DNA of 64,000 nt from the human T2T-CHM13v2.0 reference genome, Homo sapiens, in the NCBI RefSeq assembly GCF_009914755.1, contig NC_060931.1. One strand, 5' to 3'. Under the pieces are notes generated by a model. It ran no database searches. It saw only the letters and a list, made by a program, of their open reading frames with translations, and had not been told where the DNA came from. The translations under genes and the position numbers were made by a program. Positions 30,721-42,879 of the stretch are shown piece by piece. Numbering within the stretch: the stretch's first letter is position 1; each line of letters opens with the position of its first letter.

Positions 30721-32371
30721 ATTTCTAAGTTTCCTGCTACTTCCACCATATCTGCAGTGACTTTCTCCACTAAAGAACTGAATCTTTCCAAGTCATCCAT
30801 GAGGGTTGGAGTCAAGTACTTCCCAACTCCTGTTAATGTAGTATATTTTGACCTCTTCCCACAAATCACAAATATTCTTAATGGTGTCTAGAAAGGTGAA
30901 TTCTTTCCAGAAGGTCTTCAATTTCCTTTACCCGAGATTCATCAGAGAAATCACTATCTATGTCACCTGTAACCTTAATAAATGTATTTCTTAAATAATA
31001 AGACTTGAAAGTTGAAATGGCTCTTTGACTCATGGGTTGCAGAATGTATGTTGTGTTCACAGGCATAAAAACATTAACATCCTTGTACCAGTCTATCTGA
31101 GTTCTTAGGTGACAAGGTACATTGTCAATGAGCAGTAATATCTTTAAAGGAATCTTTTTTTTAATTTTCTGAACAGTAGGTCTCAACAGTGAGCTTAAAA
31201 TATTCAGCAAACCATGCTGTTAACAAATGTTCTGTCATGTGGGCTTTGTTGTTCAATTTATAAAGCACAGAGAGAATAGATTTAGTATAATTGTTAAGGG
31301 TCCTAAGATTTTTCAGAATGGCAAATTGACATTGGCTTCAAATTAAAGTCACCAGCTGCACTGGCCCCAAACAAAAGGGTCGGCCTGTTCTTTAAAGCTT
31401 TAAAGCCAAGCATTGACTTCTTCTTTCTAGCTATGAAAGCCCCAGATGGCATCTTCTTTCAATATAAGGCTGCTTTGTCTATATTGAAAATCTGTTGTTT
31501 AGTGTAGCCACCTTCATTGATGATTTTAGCTATATCTTCTGGATAACTTGCTGTATCTTCTACACGAGCATTTGCTGCTTCACCTTACACTTCTATGTTA
31601 TGGATATGGCTTCTTGTCTTAAACCTTATGAACTAACCACTGCTAACTTCCAACTTTTCTTCTGCAGCTTCCTCACCTCTCTCAGCCTTCATAGAATTAA
31701 AGAGAGTTAGAGCTTTGCTCTGGGTCAGGCTTTGGCTTAAGGGAAGGTTGTGGCTGGTTTGGCCTTCTATCCAGACCATTAAAACTTTCTTCATATCAGC
31801 AATAAGACTACTTCACTTTCTTATCATTACTGTGTTTGCTGGAATACCACATTTAATTTCCTTCAATAACTTTTTCTTTGCATTCACAATGCGGCTACCT
31901 GTTCGGTGCAAGAGGCCTAGATTTTGGCCTATCTTAGCTTTCAACATGCCTTCTTCACTAAGCTTAATGGTTTCTAGCTTTTGATCGAAAGTGAGAGATA
32001 CGCAACTCCTCCTTTCCCTTGAACATTTAGAGGGCATTGTAGGGTTATTAATTGGCCTAATTCAATACTGTTGTGTCTCAGGGAATAGGATGGCCCAAAG
32101 AGAGGGAAAGAGATGGGGGAACAGCCAGTCAGTGGAGCAGTCAGAACACACACATTTATGGATTAAGTTCACCATCTGATATGGGCATAGCTCATGGTGC
32201 CCCAAAACAACTATAATAGCAACATCAAAGATAACTGATCACAGATCACCCTAACAGATATACTAATAATGAAAAAGTTTGAAATATTGTGAGAATTACC
32301 AAAATGTGAAACAGACATGAAGTGAGCACATGCTGTTGGAAAAATGGCATCAATAGACTTGCTTAATGCAG
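30721..32371 (-). mobile_element. Tigger1 (pogo/TcMar) DNA transposon fragment with broken transposase; both TIRs missing
   Basis: Minus-strand ORFs 31813-32037 (SKCSRERRSCVSLTFDQKLETIKLSEEGMLKA), 30878-31210 (KILLLIDNVPCH...NTTYILQPMSQRAISTFKSYYLR) and 30687-30869 match Tigger1 transposase. Confidence 0.93.
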
Positions 32372-33104
32372 TTTTTTTAAGTGCAATATATTTATTTCTG
32401 CTAGAAATATATTATCAACCTTATGTAATATTTGAAGCATTACATATTATTTGTAAACAGCTTAAAATTATATATTACCCCAATTGTATATAAGTACAAA
32501 TGTGTGGATATTAGTTTCTTTCATTAAAAATGGTGTTTTTTTAAAAATACATATGCACCCATTTACATCTTTCATTCACTTACACTGTTTTATGATGTTT
32601 GGTACCTGTTTCCTCACCTGAAAAAAAGGATTAGATAAGATTGTGGGTCCCAGCTGGCCACTCACAGGCTGGACACAGCCCGGGATTACTGCACAGTATT
32701 TTGGGTTTGTCTTTAGTTGCATTTGAAAGCCTTTGGAAAAGACATTGCTCTCAAGTTCCCACTATTTTCCATTTTCTGCACCCAGTCCCCTTCATTCGTG
32801 TATGCTACCCAATGAACCCTCAGAATCACATGATTTTGCACCTCTCTGTACTGAATTATACTGAAGACTCCATAAAACTTAAAAACTCCTGTATCTCATT
32901 TCAGCCATGAGCACTTGGATATGCTGTAATGATATTACACAAAGCAGAATGACACCAAATAAGATTAGCCAAATTGTAAGTCTTAATCCTCCTTCCAGAC
33001 GACAGTCCTTTAAAATATTTGATGTTATCATTACCCCCTGCTTTCAAAAGTCTACTCTATTACCCTTAATTTTTTTGTGCATGCCTAACACCAACCTTTT
33101 AGAA

Positions 33105-34030
33105 ATCTTTTATTTGGAAGGATTTCATGCTTAAGGTAGAGTTGCAAGAAGACCATAAAGAAACTCTGTACACCCTTTATGCAGATTCACAATTGTTAAT
33201 CTTTTGCCCTATTTACTTTATCATGTGCATTTACAGTGAGTAGTGTGTGCATAAACACACATGCACATGCATAGATATGTAATATATACAAATTATTTTT
33301 CTGAACCCCTTGAGAGTAAGTAGCATGTCATGCCCCATTATCTCTAAATAATTGAAAGTGTATTTCCTAAAAACAAGATTCCACTAAATAATCACAGTAG
33401 GGTTAGCAACTTCAGGAGATTTAACAATGATGCAGTACTTTGATGTATCATCTGTATTCCAGATTTGTCAAATTACCCAGTAATGTCATTTGTAGCATAT
33501 CTTTTCTTCAGTACAGATCCACTTCAAAATCACATATTGCATTTAGTCATCATGCTACTTTAGTCTCCTTAAATATAGTACAGTTCTTCAGCCTGTCTTT
33601 GTCTTTCATGGCAAAAGGATTCCTATTGTATTAGAAATCATGAATTCATACTGATACCTCCAATTCCAATGCACTCCCACAGAGTCCTCTTTTCTTGCTT
33701 TGCCCCATTTGATATCTGTATGGAATACAGTGGAAGAAGACTCAACAATTACCTCAACGTATTTATTTACTCAACTCTACCATACACTTAAAACTAATTT
33801 CAGATTGCTTCACCTGTACAACTACAACACACAAACCTTCTAAAAAGAGGTCAGGGTTTGTTTGCATTGTTTCTGTGCTACTCAACTAACAGTATATAGC
33901 CAGATGATATGTTCAGCAGTTACTTTGATTAATTCCTTTTTTGTCCTCCTGGATAGTTATGTTACTCATGCGCAATACAAGTGGGTTTATTTGTTCGGTT
34001 TGTTTGGAGTTTTAATGGATCTTTTCCTTC
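33105..34030 (-). mobile_element. Ancient L1M (L1MC/L1ME) 3' fragments
   Basis: gttgcaagaa...actctgtacaccctttatgcagattcacaattgttaa-type L1M 3'UTR motifs; heavily diverged. Confidence 0.55.
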
Positions 34031-34074
34031 CTATTTTTATGGATATTTTTAAAAAATAGAAAATAATGTGCTTT

Positions 34075-36090
34075 CAACAAACTCATAGATCTAATAAGTG
34101 ATTATGGCAAGGTTGAATTATAGCAACGTTAGAGGATACAAGATTAATACTTTAAAAGACCGTTGCTTTCCTATATACCAGAAATGAACAATTGGAATTT
34201 GAAATAAACAGTTATATCATCACTAAAAAAAGAAAAAAGAAGAAATAGGTTTAAACAAAATATTCACAAAAGCTATATAAGGTAAACTACAAAACTTTGA
34301 CAAAATAAATCAAAGAAGGTCTAAATAAATGGAGAGATAGTCCATGTTCATGGATAGGTAGACTCAATATTGTGAGGATGTCTGTTCTTCCCAACTTGAT
34401 CTATATATTCAATGCAAACACAACCAAAATTCCAGCCAGTTACTTGTGGCTAAGAACAAACTGATTCTAAGGTTTATTTAAAGGCAGAAGACCCAAAATA
34501 GCCAACACAGTATTAAAGAAGAAAAACAGTCAGAGGGCTTAAACTACCCAACTTCAAAACTTACTACAGAACTATAGTAATAAAGACAGTGTACTATTGG
34601 CAAGAGAATAGACAATTAGATAAACGGAACAGAGAGCCCAGAACTAGGCCCACATAAATATAGTTAAATGACCTTTGACAATGGAACAAAGGCAATTCAG
34701 TGGAGAAATAATAATCTTTTCAACAAATGGTACTAGAACAACTGAATATCCACATGCAAAATAATAAGTCTAAACACAGACCTTAAATCTTTTGCAAAAA
34801 TTAACTTAAATGGATCATAGACTTAAATACAAAATGCAAAACTATAAAACTTCTAGAAAGTAACAGGAGAAAATCTAGGTAGTTTTGGTTTTTTAGGTAC
34901 AACACCAAAAGTACAATCCATTAACAAAAAAATTAACATGATGGACTGCATGAAAATTAAAAACTTCTGTGAAAAACATTGTTAAGAGAATAAAATGACT
35001 AGCCACACTCTGGGAGTAAATATTTGCAAAAACACGTATCTGATAAAGGATTCGTATTTCAAATATACAAAGAGCTCTTAAAACTCAACAGTAAGGAAAA
35101 GATGAATTATGGGCAAAGGATCTCTCTGAACAGACACTTAAAGATATACAGATGGCAAATAAGCATATGAAAAGACGCTCGACATCACATGTGATTAGGG
35201 AGTTGCAAATTAAAACATGAGCTACAACTACATACCTATTAGAAGAGCTAAAATTCAAAACACTAGCAATGCTAATGCTGGTGAGGATGTGGAGCAATAG
35301 GAACTCTCATTCATTGCTGGTGGAATGCAAAGTGGTACAGCCATTTAAAAAGATAGTTTGTCAATTCCTTTCAAAACTAACATAGTCTTATCATATGATC
35401 TAGCAAGTACGTTCCCGGGTATGTACCCAAGTGAGTTAAAATTTTATGTCCACTTAAAAATCTGCACATGACTGTTGACAGCAGCTTTATGCATAATTGC
35501 CAAAACTTAGAACTAAGATGTCCTTCAATAGGTAATGGATGAACAGTCTGTGGTATATCCATTTTCCATACAATGGAATATTTTTCAGCAATAAAAAGAA
35601 ATGCACTATCAAGCTGTGAAAAGACTTGGAGGAATCTCAAATACATATTGCTAGTGAAAAATGAGCTATACACTGGGCGGTTCTAATTATATGACATTCT
35701 GGAAAAGGCAAAATTACAGAGATGGTAAAAAGATTGGTGGTTTCCACGGTTTGGGGGGAAAGAGGGAGAAATGAAGGGATGGTGCACAGGTGATACTTAG
35801 GCCAGTGAAATAACTCTGTGATGCTACTGTAGTAGTAGATACATGAAATCATGCATTTGTCAAAACTCATACTACTGTGCAACTCAGAGTAAGCTATAAT
35901 GTAAACTATGGACTTTTTGGTCAATAATGCACCAATATTGGTTCATCAGTTGTAACTAACGCACTACAATAATGCAATAGTTTAATAATAGGGGAGACTG
36001 CCAGTGTGGGGGAGAGGGGATATACGGGACTTCTAGATTTTCTACTCGATTTTTCTGTAAACCTAAAACTGCTCTAAAAATAGCCTCTTA
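34075..36090 (+). mobile_element. L1MC/L1MD-type LINE-1 3' portion (ORF2 remnant and 3'UTR)
   Basis: aataaatggagagatagtccatgttcatggataggtagactcaatattgtgaggatg; 3' end ttttctgtaaacctaaaactgctctaaaaa. Confidence 0.85.
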
Positions 36091-36107
36091 ATAAAACAAC
36101 AACAACA

Positions 36108-36700
36108 ATAAGATACCGCTTAACAACCACTGCGATGGCTATAATTATAATTACTAACAAGTTGGCAAGGATGTGGAGAAATTGGAAACCTTATATATTG
36201 TCGGTAAGAATATAAAATGGTGTAGTCTGGCCATTCGTGAAAAGGATAAAACAACGTTACTTACTATATGACCCAGCAATTCCACTCCTAGATGTACACC
36301 CAGGAAAAATTAAGAGATATGTCCACACAAAAACCCGTACACGAATGTTCATAGCAGCATCATTCATGATAGGCAAAAAGTGGAGACAACCCAAATGCCC
36401 ATCAACTGACAAATGGATAAATAAAATGTGGCATATCCATATAAAGGAAGATTATTCAGCTATAAAAAATGAAGTACGATAAATGTTACAGCATGGATGA
36501 ACCTTGAAAACAGGATGCTAAGAGAAAGAAGCTGGTCAAAAAGGATTACATGTTATATGATCCCATGAATGTGAAATGTCCAGCATAGAAATATCCATAG
36601 AGATGGAAAATAGATTAGTGCATGCCAGAGGCTGGAAGGAGGGAGGAATGGAAATGACTACAATTAGATATGGGGTTTCTTTTAGGAATAGTGAAGATTT
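36108..36700 (+). mobile_element. L1MB/L1ME 3' fragment
   Basis: ORF 36237-36482 (YDPAIPLL...MFIAA...PKCPSTDKWINKMWHIH). Confidence 0.8.
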
Positions 36701-37732
36701 AAATTCTGTTAACACTTATAACTAAGACACTGCACTAGCCCTTTAAATATTTCCAAATTTTAATTTTTTAAAAAAAGTCTACCTTGCTTTTTTTGAACCC
36801 AGGTATACAGCCTTAATTAAGAAATATGAAAGCTGCAAAACTCGATGGTTTTTCTACTAATGGATTATAAATTGTCACTAATAAGTATCTCAAAAAGGGT
36901 TTCAATGGATGGTACTAAAGATGAGAGCATTTTAAAGTTTCATATTTATCTTTAGGGGATGGGTCCATACCTATGCGAAAGCAGAGCTCTGCTGCCCCCA
37001 ACAAGTCTGGTGGTCTTGATATAAACGCTTATTATTTATTTAGGGCTGTCTCACTCTCCTCCTTATTCTCTATTTGCCATTTAGGCTACTAGTAGATAGA
37101 AGTAATTAGAAAATAGGAACAAGGAGGCCCACCCTACTTAGAGACTGGGCAGTGCAGGTGAGAAGGAATCAGAGGAATAAAGTTCAGGGATAAGGGGGAG
37201 GCCAGGTTGGGGCTGGGCCGAAGAGATGAGAGAGATGAGCTCAGCCCTCTGGGTGGGCAATGACAAGTGTAGGTACTAGAGGACAAACTGTGGGATAGAT
37301 TGCAGAGTAAGACCCTCAGGGTGGAGTCTGAACACATAGCTGGAGGCAGAGGAGGAGGGAAGGAAAAAAGTGGTAAAAAGAGATCTTAGTACAGGCCACT
37401 GTATGACTTAGCAGGTGCATCTACCTAAATATTTGTACAAATACCAACTAGAATCAAATAAGTTTAAAAGACCTTATCTAGGCCATGTCATCCAAAGTAT
37501 TTTATAGTTGAGGAAATCAGAACTAGAGAAACAAAGTAAATTGGCCAAAGCATACTGGGCCTAGTCTAGTGATATATCTTCAACTCTATATTATAATCAA
37601 AGTTCAATCTTAAATCAACCTAAAATATTATATTATGTAAAATACAGCACACAGATTCATTATGTATCATTGGCACTTTTACTATGTTTTGCATTTAATC
37701 TGCCCATAAATATTCTGAAACTCATTCTTTAA

Positions 37733-37979
37733 ATCATTTCCTGTTTGCCCCAAAAATACTCATCTCTAATCCTACTGTAACATCATCATCTACATTTCTG
37801 TTACATTAGGATTAGAGACAAATTCTGTTTATAAATAACTCTAAGAACAGTTTTTATATTTTATTTTCATGTTGAAAATCAGTCAGATTTGCTTCAGCCT
37901 CAAATAAAGTGTTTATGTAAAATTAAATGAGCACTGGCAGCAAGCTGCACTTTTTTTTTTACTAAATGGGGAAAATGGA
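37733..37979. mobile_element. MER75B-like piggyBac MITE
   Basis: Flanked by ttaa (37729-37732) and ctaa (37980-37983); termini catttcctgtttgcccc / aaatggggaaaatgg; internal inverted repeat 37763-37782 / 37799-37818. Confidence 0.85.
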
Positions 37980-39801
37980 CTAATATAGCAGAGGCTTTTG
38001 CTTATTAATATTGAATGTAGTAATTCTTATATTAGTTACTTTGGTGGTAAATAAAAATAATCTCAATATGATGGAGTTTGTACATGGTATATTACCATCA
38101 AATCCAGGGAAAAATGGATTTTGTAGATTTGGGGATGTGGTACAAGTATATAAGTTTAGTTGTGTATATGTTGGTTAAGTCATTTAACAGTGATAACTGA
38201 GTACCAATCTGGTTCAAATGAATGTGCATATACTATGCAGTTGTGCAGTCTCTCTACTTGGAGCTGAAAGAATCTCCCAATTAATTTATGGATCACCTCC
38301 CTCCCTTTGAATAAGACACGCCTTTATAAGGCATGTCTTATCTGATAAAGGCCTGGAGTTGTTTATAAGGTATGTCATATCTGACATAGGCCTGGAGCAC
38401 TACATGACCAGGGCATGGGTGGCTTACAGAGCTCTAGTTTTTTGGTTTTGGGGTTTTTTGGGGGGGTTAGGAGTGGGGAGTGGATAGCCCCCTCATGGAC
38501 ACAGAAAATAGATTGGAACTCTTGGAAATTCCAACTTGTTATTACAGATGCCTTTCTTCCATAGTCCAAAAGACAGCATTATGCAAAGTATCACTTACAG
38601 ATGCATTTACATCTAAACTTGCTGTATGCTTCACGGCAAGTTGGTGTCTTTCCACTTTCTCCTTGATGAAGACCTGCATCCAATATGAATTTAAAGAGGC
38701 TCTGTAAAGTAATTCGACAGCAGCAAATATGCTATTTAAAAATGAGTCAATCCAAGATATGTAAATCCAAGAAAGGTTTTAGACTGAAGCAGTTGTTTTA
38801 TAAAATACACATGCCCAAAGACACTTTTTTAGTGGAGGCAACTTGCTGAAGAAGAATTTGAAAGGATCTTTTAACATTTATAAGCAGACCAATTTGAAAT
38901 TACCTAGAAAATAAGTAAGCTCCAAGAAGAACATACCTATGGCTATCCTATTTTTCGAAGGCAAAAATGGAGCTACAAAATTAAACAAAGGATGTATTTC
39001 ATGTTTGAATTTGTAGAAAAAGTCTTAGAAAGGTATAATGAAAATAAATAAAATTACTAAATAAGATAACTATGAGATCCTAAGAATTTTGCCACCATCT
39101 TTGGGAATAACTAATGCTGATAAAGTAGAGACTAATACTTTGGTGCCAATTCCAACTCCTTGCACTGTACAAAGGGGGAAAAGTATCTTAATGCATAAGA
39201 AATTATGAGACAACACAAATAAAAACCAATCTTTTATGCAGAAAGTTTCAATTAAAGTGAAATTCATATTTTAAATTACCAAATTATAACCGGAAAAGTT
39301 TGTAATGTTTTCAAAATGGTCTTCGCCAAACTACCTCTATCTAGCCTGGAGGCTAGAGATGGAACTTAACTATCCACTTAAATTATATCTATGTATTTGT
39401 GCAAAGTTAAAACTTTAAATCTAATAAATTATTCGAATCAATTAAAACAAAGTCATTATTATTTGGAAAACTAAATCTTTGCCAGGATGAATATCTTAAT
39501 TATTTTGACATATGAAATATGCAATGTAATTTTTATGTGGGGTTACATTTGGAATTTTCCTACATTTCATATTTAGTAAATGGATTTATTATAAGACAGT
39601 GATTTTTTTAAAGAATGAATTTAATAAGTAACTGTTTTGAAATTTTGATTTACAGATCATTATTGCCATCTGCTGGTTACATAGTTTAATTGCATTTTTT
39701 AAAATTCCCAATTGTTTTACTAAAAGACAAAGGAAAAACTGAGGCAAGTTTTAGATATCCATAACCGGATTAGAGATCTCTATGTAAGACAGATAATTTG
39801 C

Positions 39802-40087
39802 AGCCAGGTGCAGTGGCTCATACCTGTAATCCCAATACTTTGGGAGGCAGAGGCGGCAGGAATGCTTGAGGCTAGGAGTTTTAGACCAGCCTGGGCAACA
39901 TAGTGATACCCCATCTTTACAAAAATAAACAAATTAGCTGTGTGTGGTGGCCTGCACCTGTAGTCCTTGCTACTCAGGAGGCTGAGGCAGGAGGATCCCT
40001 TGAGCCCAGGAGTTCAAGGTTTCAGTGAGCACCATCACACTTTAGCCTGTGTGACAGTGAGACCCTATCTTCAGAAAAAAAAAAAAA
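39802..40087 (+). mobile_element. AluJ
   Basis: gcttgaggctaggagtt...gggcaacatagtgatacccc and ttgagcccaggagttcaagg are AluJ diagnostics. Confidence 0.9.
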
Positions 40088-40097
40088 GCTAAATCAT

Positions 40098-40876
40098 ATG
40101 CATGAAAAAATGCTCATCATCCCTGGCCATCAGAGAAATGCAAATCAAAACCACAATGAGATACCATCTCACACCAGTTAGAATGGCGATCATTAAAAAG
40201 TCAGGAAACAACAGGTGCTGGAGAGGATGTGGAGAAATACGAACACTTTTACACTGTTGGTGGGACTGTAAACTAGTTCAACCATTGTGGAAGACGGTGT
40301 GGCGATTCCTCAGGGATCTAGAACTAGAAATACCATTTGACCCAGCCATCCCATTACTGGGTATATACCCAAAGGATTATAAATCATGCTGCTATAAAGA
40401 CACATGCACACGTATCTTTATTGCAGCACTATTCACAATAGCAAAGACTTGGAACCAACCCAAATGTCCAACAATGATAGACTGGATTAAGAAAATGTGG
40501 CACATATACACCATGGAATACTCTGCAGCCATAAAAAAGGATGAGTTCATGTCCTTTGTAGGGACATGGATGAAGCTGGAAACCAGCATTCTCAGCAAAC
40601 TATCACAAGGACAAAAAATCAAACACCGCATGTTCTCACTCACAGGTGGGAATTGAACAATGAGAACACTTGGACACAGGAAGGGGAACATCACACACTG
40701 GGGCCTGTCATGGGGTGGGGGAAGGGGGGAGGGATAGCATTAGGAGATATACCTAATGTAAATGATGAGTTAATGGGTGCAGCACACCAACATGGCACAT
40801 GTATACATATGTAAAAAACCTGCACGTTGTGCACATGTACCCTAGAACTTAAAGTATAATAAAAACATATATATAT
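40098..40876 (+). mobile_element. 5'-truncated relatively young L1PA (approx. PA4-PA5) inserted at the AluJ tail
   Basis: Uninterrupted 184-aa ORF2 C-terminus 40102-40656; perfect 14-bp TSD aaaagctaaatcat 40084-40097 / 40877-40890. Confidence 0.95.
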
Positions 40877-41333
40877 AAAAGCTAAATCATGAGGCATCTC
40901 TGTTTCAAAGATGGTAAGATAATGCAAGAATATATTGCATCTTATCTAATTATAATGTGCTATTTTAATTGTCAATTAATCATAGATTAAATTATCAACC
41001 TAACTGCTTTAAGTTATTGTCATTAGTTAGTATACAGCTAAAATGTGACTCAAATAACCATTCAAAATAATGAGGTCAAAATAAGTGACCACTGTTACAG
41101 AAGCTGTAAAAACATGAAAACATCCATGATTCTATTCAACTGCACATAAAACTAAGTGTCATGATTTCCCTCTTATACACAAATCTACTCCTCTCCTTAG
41201 TAGGAGTAGATACATAATGATTTAGGCAACTATCTCTCAGTTAACTAATGAATCTAAAACATGTATTACTGTTTAATAATTACTAACATATCACTTGATG
41301 ACAAAGAAACCAAGTGAGCAAAATATTAATTGG

Positions 41334-41374
41334 AAGTATTGGCAAAAATAGCAATTACTTTTGCACCAACCTAA
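41334..41374. mobile_element. Half MADE1 (Hsmar1 MITE)
   Basis: ggcaaaaatagcaattacttttgcaccaacctaa is the Hsmar1 TIR. Confidence 0.8.
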
Positions 41375-42879
41375 AAATACTCACGAGTGCACTATAGGAT
41401 GGCCGGTCTAGAACATAATAAAGGAACATTTGTTTAAGCATGTGCTGTGTTTTTGATGCTTTACAAGCATTAATTCATTCAATCATACCATCAGTAAGAC
41501 AAATATAACTGTCTTCATTTTTCAGATGAGGAAATTAATCCTAGAGTGGCTAAATTACTAGCTCAAGGTCATACATTGGTAATCTTCCTATATGAGTCCC
41601 CTGTGTAAAAGATTTAGAGCAGCACATGGCACACAGTTAATTTTATGTGTTTACTAAACATATGAATCATAAAATATATCCTGCTTCTTTTTTCCTTTAA
41701 CATTATATCATGACTATTTTCCTATATCATTAAATATCCATGCAAAATGACTTTAGTGGCTGTAATGCTTCACTATATGAATGTTTCGTAACTTAGTGTT
41801 TGATACTGAGGCCACTTCTATTTTTTAACGATATAAATAATAGCACAATGAACATTCTTATAAAAAGATTAATTTTTTAAATGATAAAAATGACCAGATT
41901 TGTACTTTCAAGGGCTAGACCATGGTAAGAGCATTTTGTATCCCACCAGGACACCAAGTGATGCAAAAGGCAATTGGAAACTCCAGAAAAAACAAACTGA
42001 CCAAAAAGAAAAACAATCGCTCCACTTCACTTATTGTTCCAAAAAACATTAAAACAGTCATATTTTAAAATAAGGTGCTTTATTTTGAGTTTGCCTAGCC
42101 ATTCAAGAATATATTCTTATCAACCACCGTAAATACTTTGTATTTTAAATGCAGTATTGGACAGATAGAATTTATTAGCTGTTAAAACTTGGGCAAATAA
42201 CTACATCCTGATGCTTGATTTTAAAATTTGCATACAGTTATTGCATGAATTAAGTGAGAAAACATTTTGAGCACCAAACACAATGCCAGGAATGTAGAAA
42301 TGCTCCTTGAAAAAAATCTCCCAAAACAAAAAATGAGCAGTAGTAGCACTTACTGAATTTAACTAAGTGACAAGATAAATAGTACTGTCAGTTAAGTGCT
42401 TTAGACCTTCAGAAAAAGCATAATTAATATGGGCTGGAGAAATGGGCTGGGGCTTGGAAGGTGACAGCATTCAGATGGGCAGGGAGAAAAGAATGTAAAA
42501 GCCAAGGGATGGCTTTTCCACATGAATAAAGGAATTCGGCGGTTATGATGTCTCAGGCTGTGGACTTCACCTGAAATGACTGAGATGGAAGATTTTGTGC
42601 CCGAGGAAGTGGGAAATTAAAGTTGAAAAGGTATATTGGGCAAATATTGAAGGCATTGGTGAGCAAGCCTAGGACTTGATTTGTGGGCCACGAACATTTT
42701 TGTGCTGTGTTGCATCAGGAAAAATTAACCTGGCCACAATGAGCCATGCTTTAGACTGGTCAGTTAGGATATGGGAGTTCAATTTGATCCATCATCAAAC
42801 AGATGGGAAGTAAAGCGGTGTGGGCTCCAGCATGTGGCCCGTGACAGAGGACATGGAAAATGTCAGTGGCCCCAGTGCA

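Noticed and set aside
30687-32037. Domesticated TIGD1-like transposase gene
   Set aside because: Broken across several frames with stops and truncated at both ends; a neutral Tigger1 fossil
40102-40656. 184-aa intact ORF as a host CDS
   Set aside because: It is the L1 ORF2 C-terminus in a 5'-truncated insertion with no promoter
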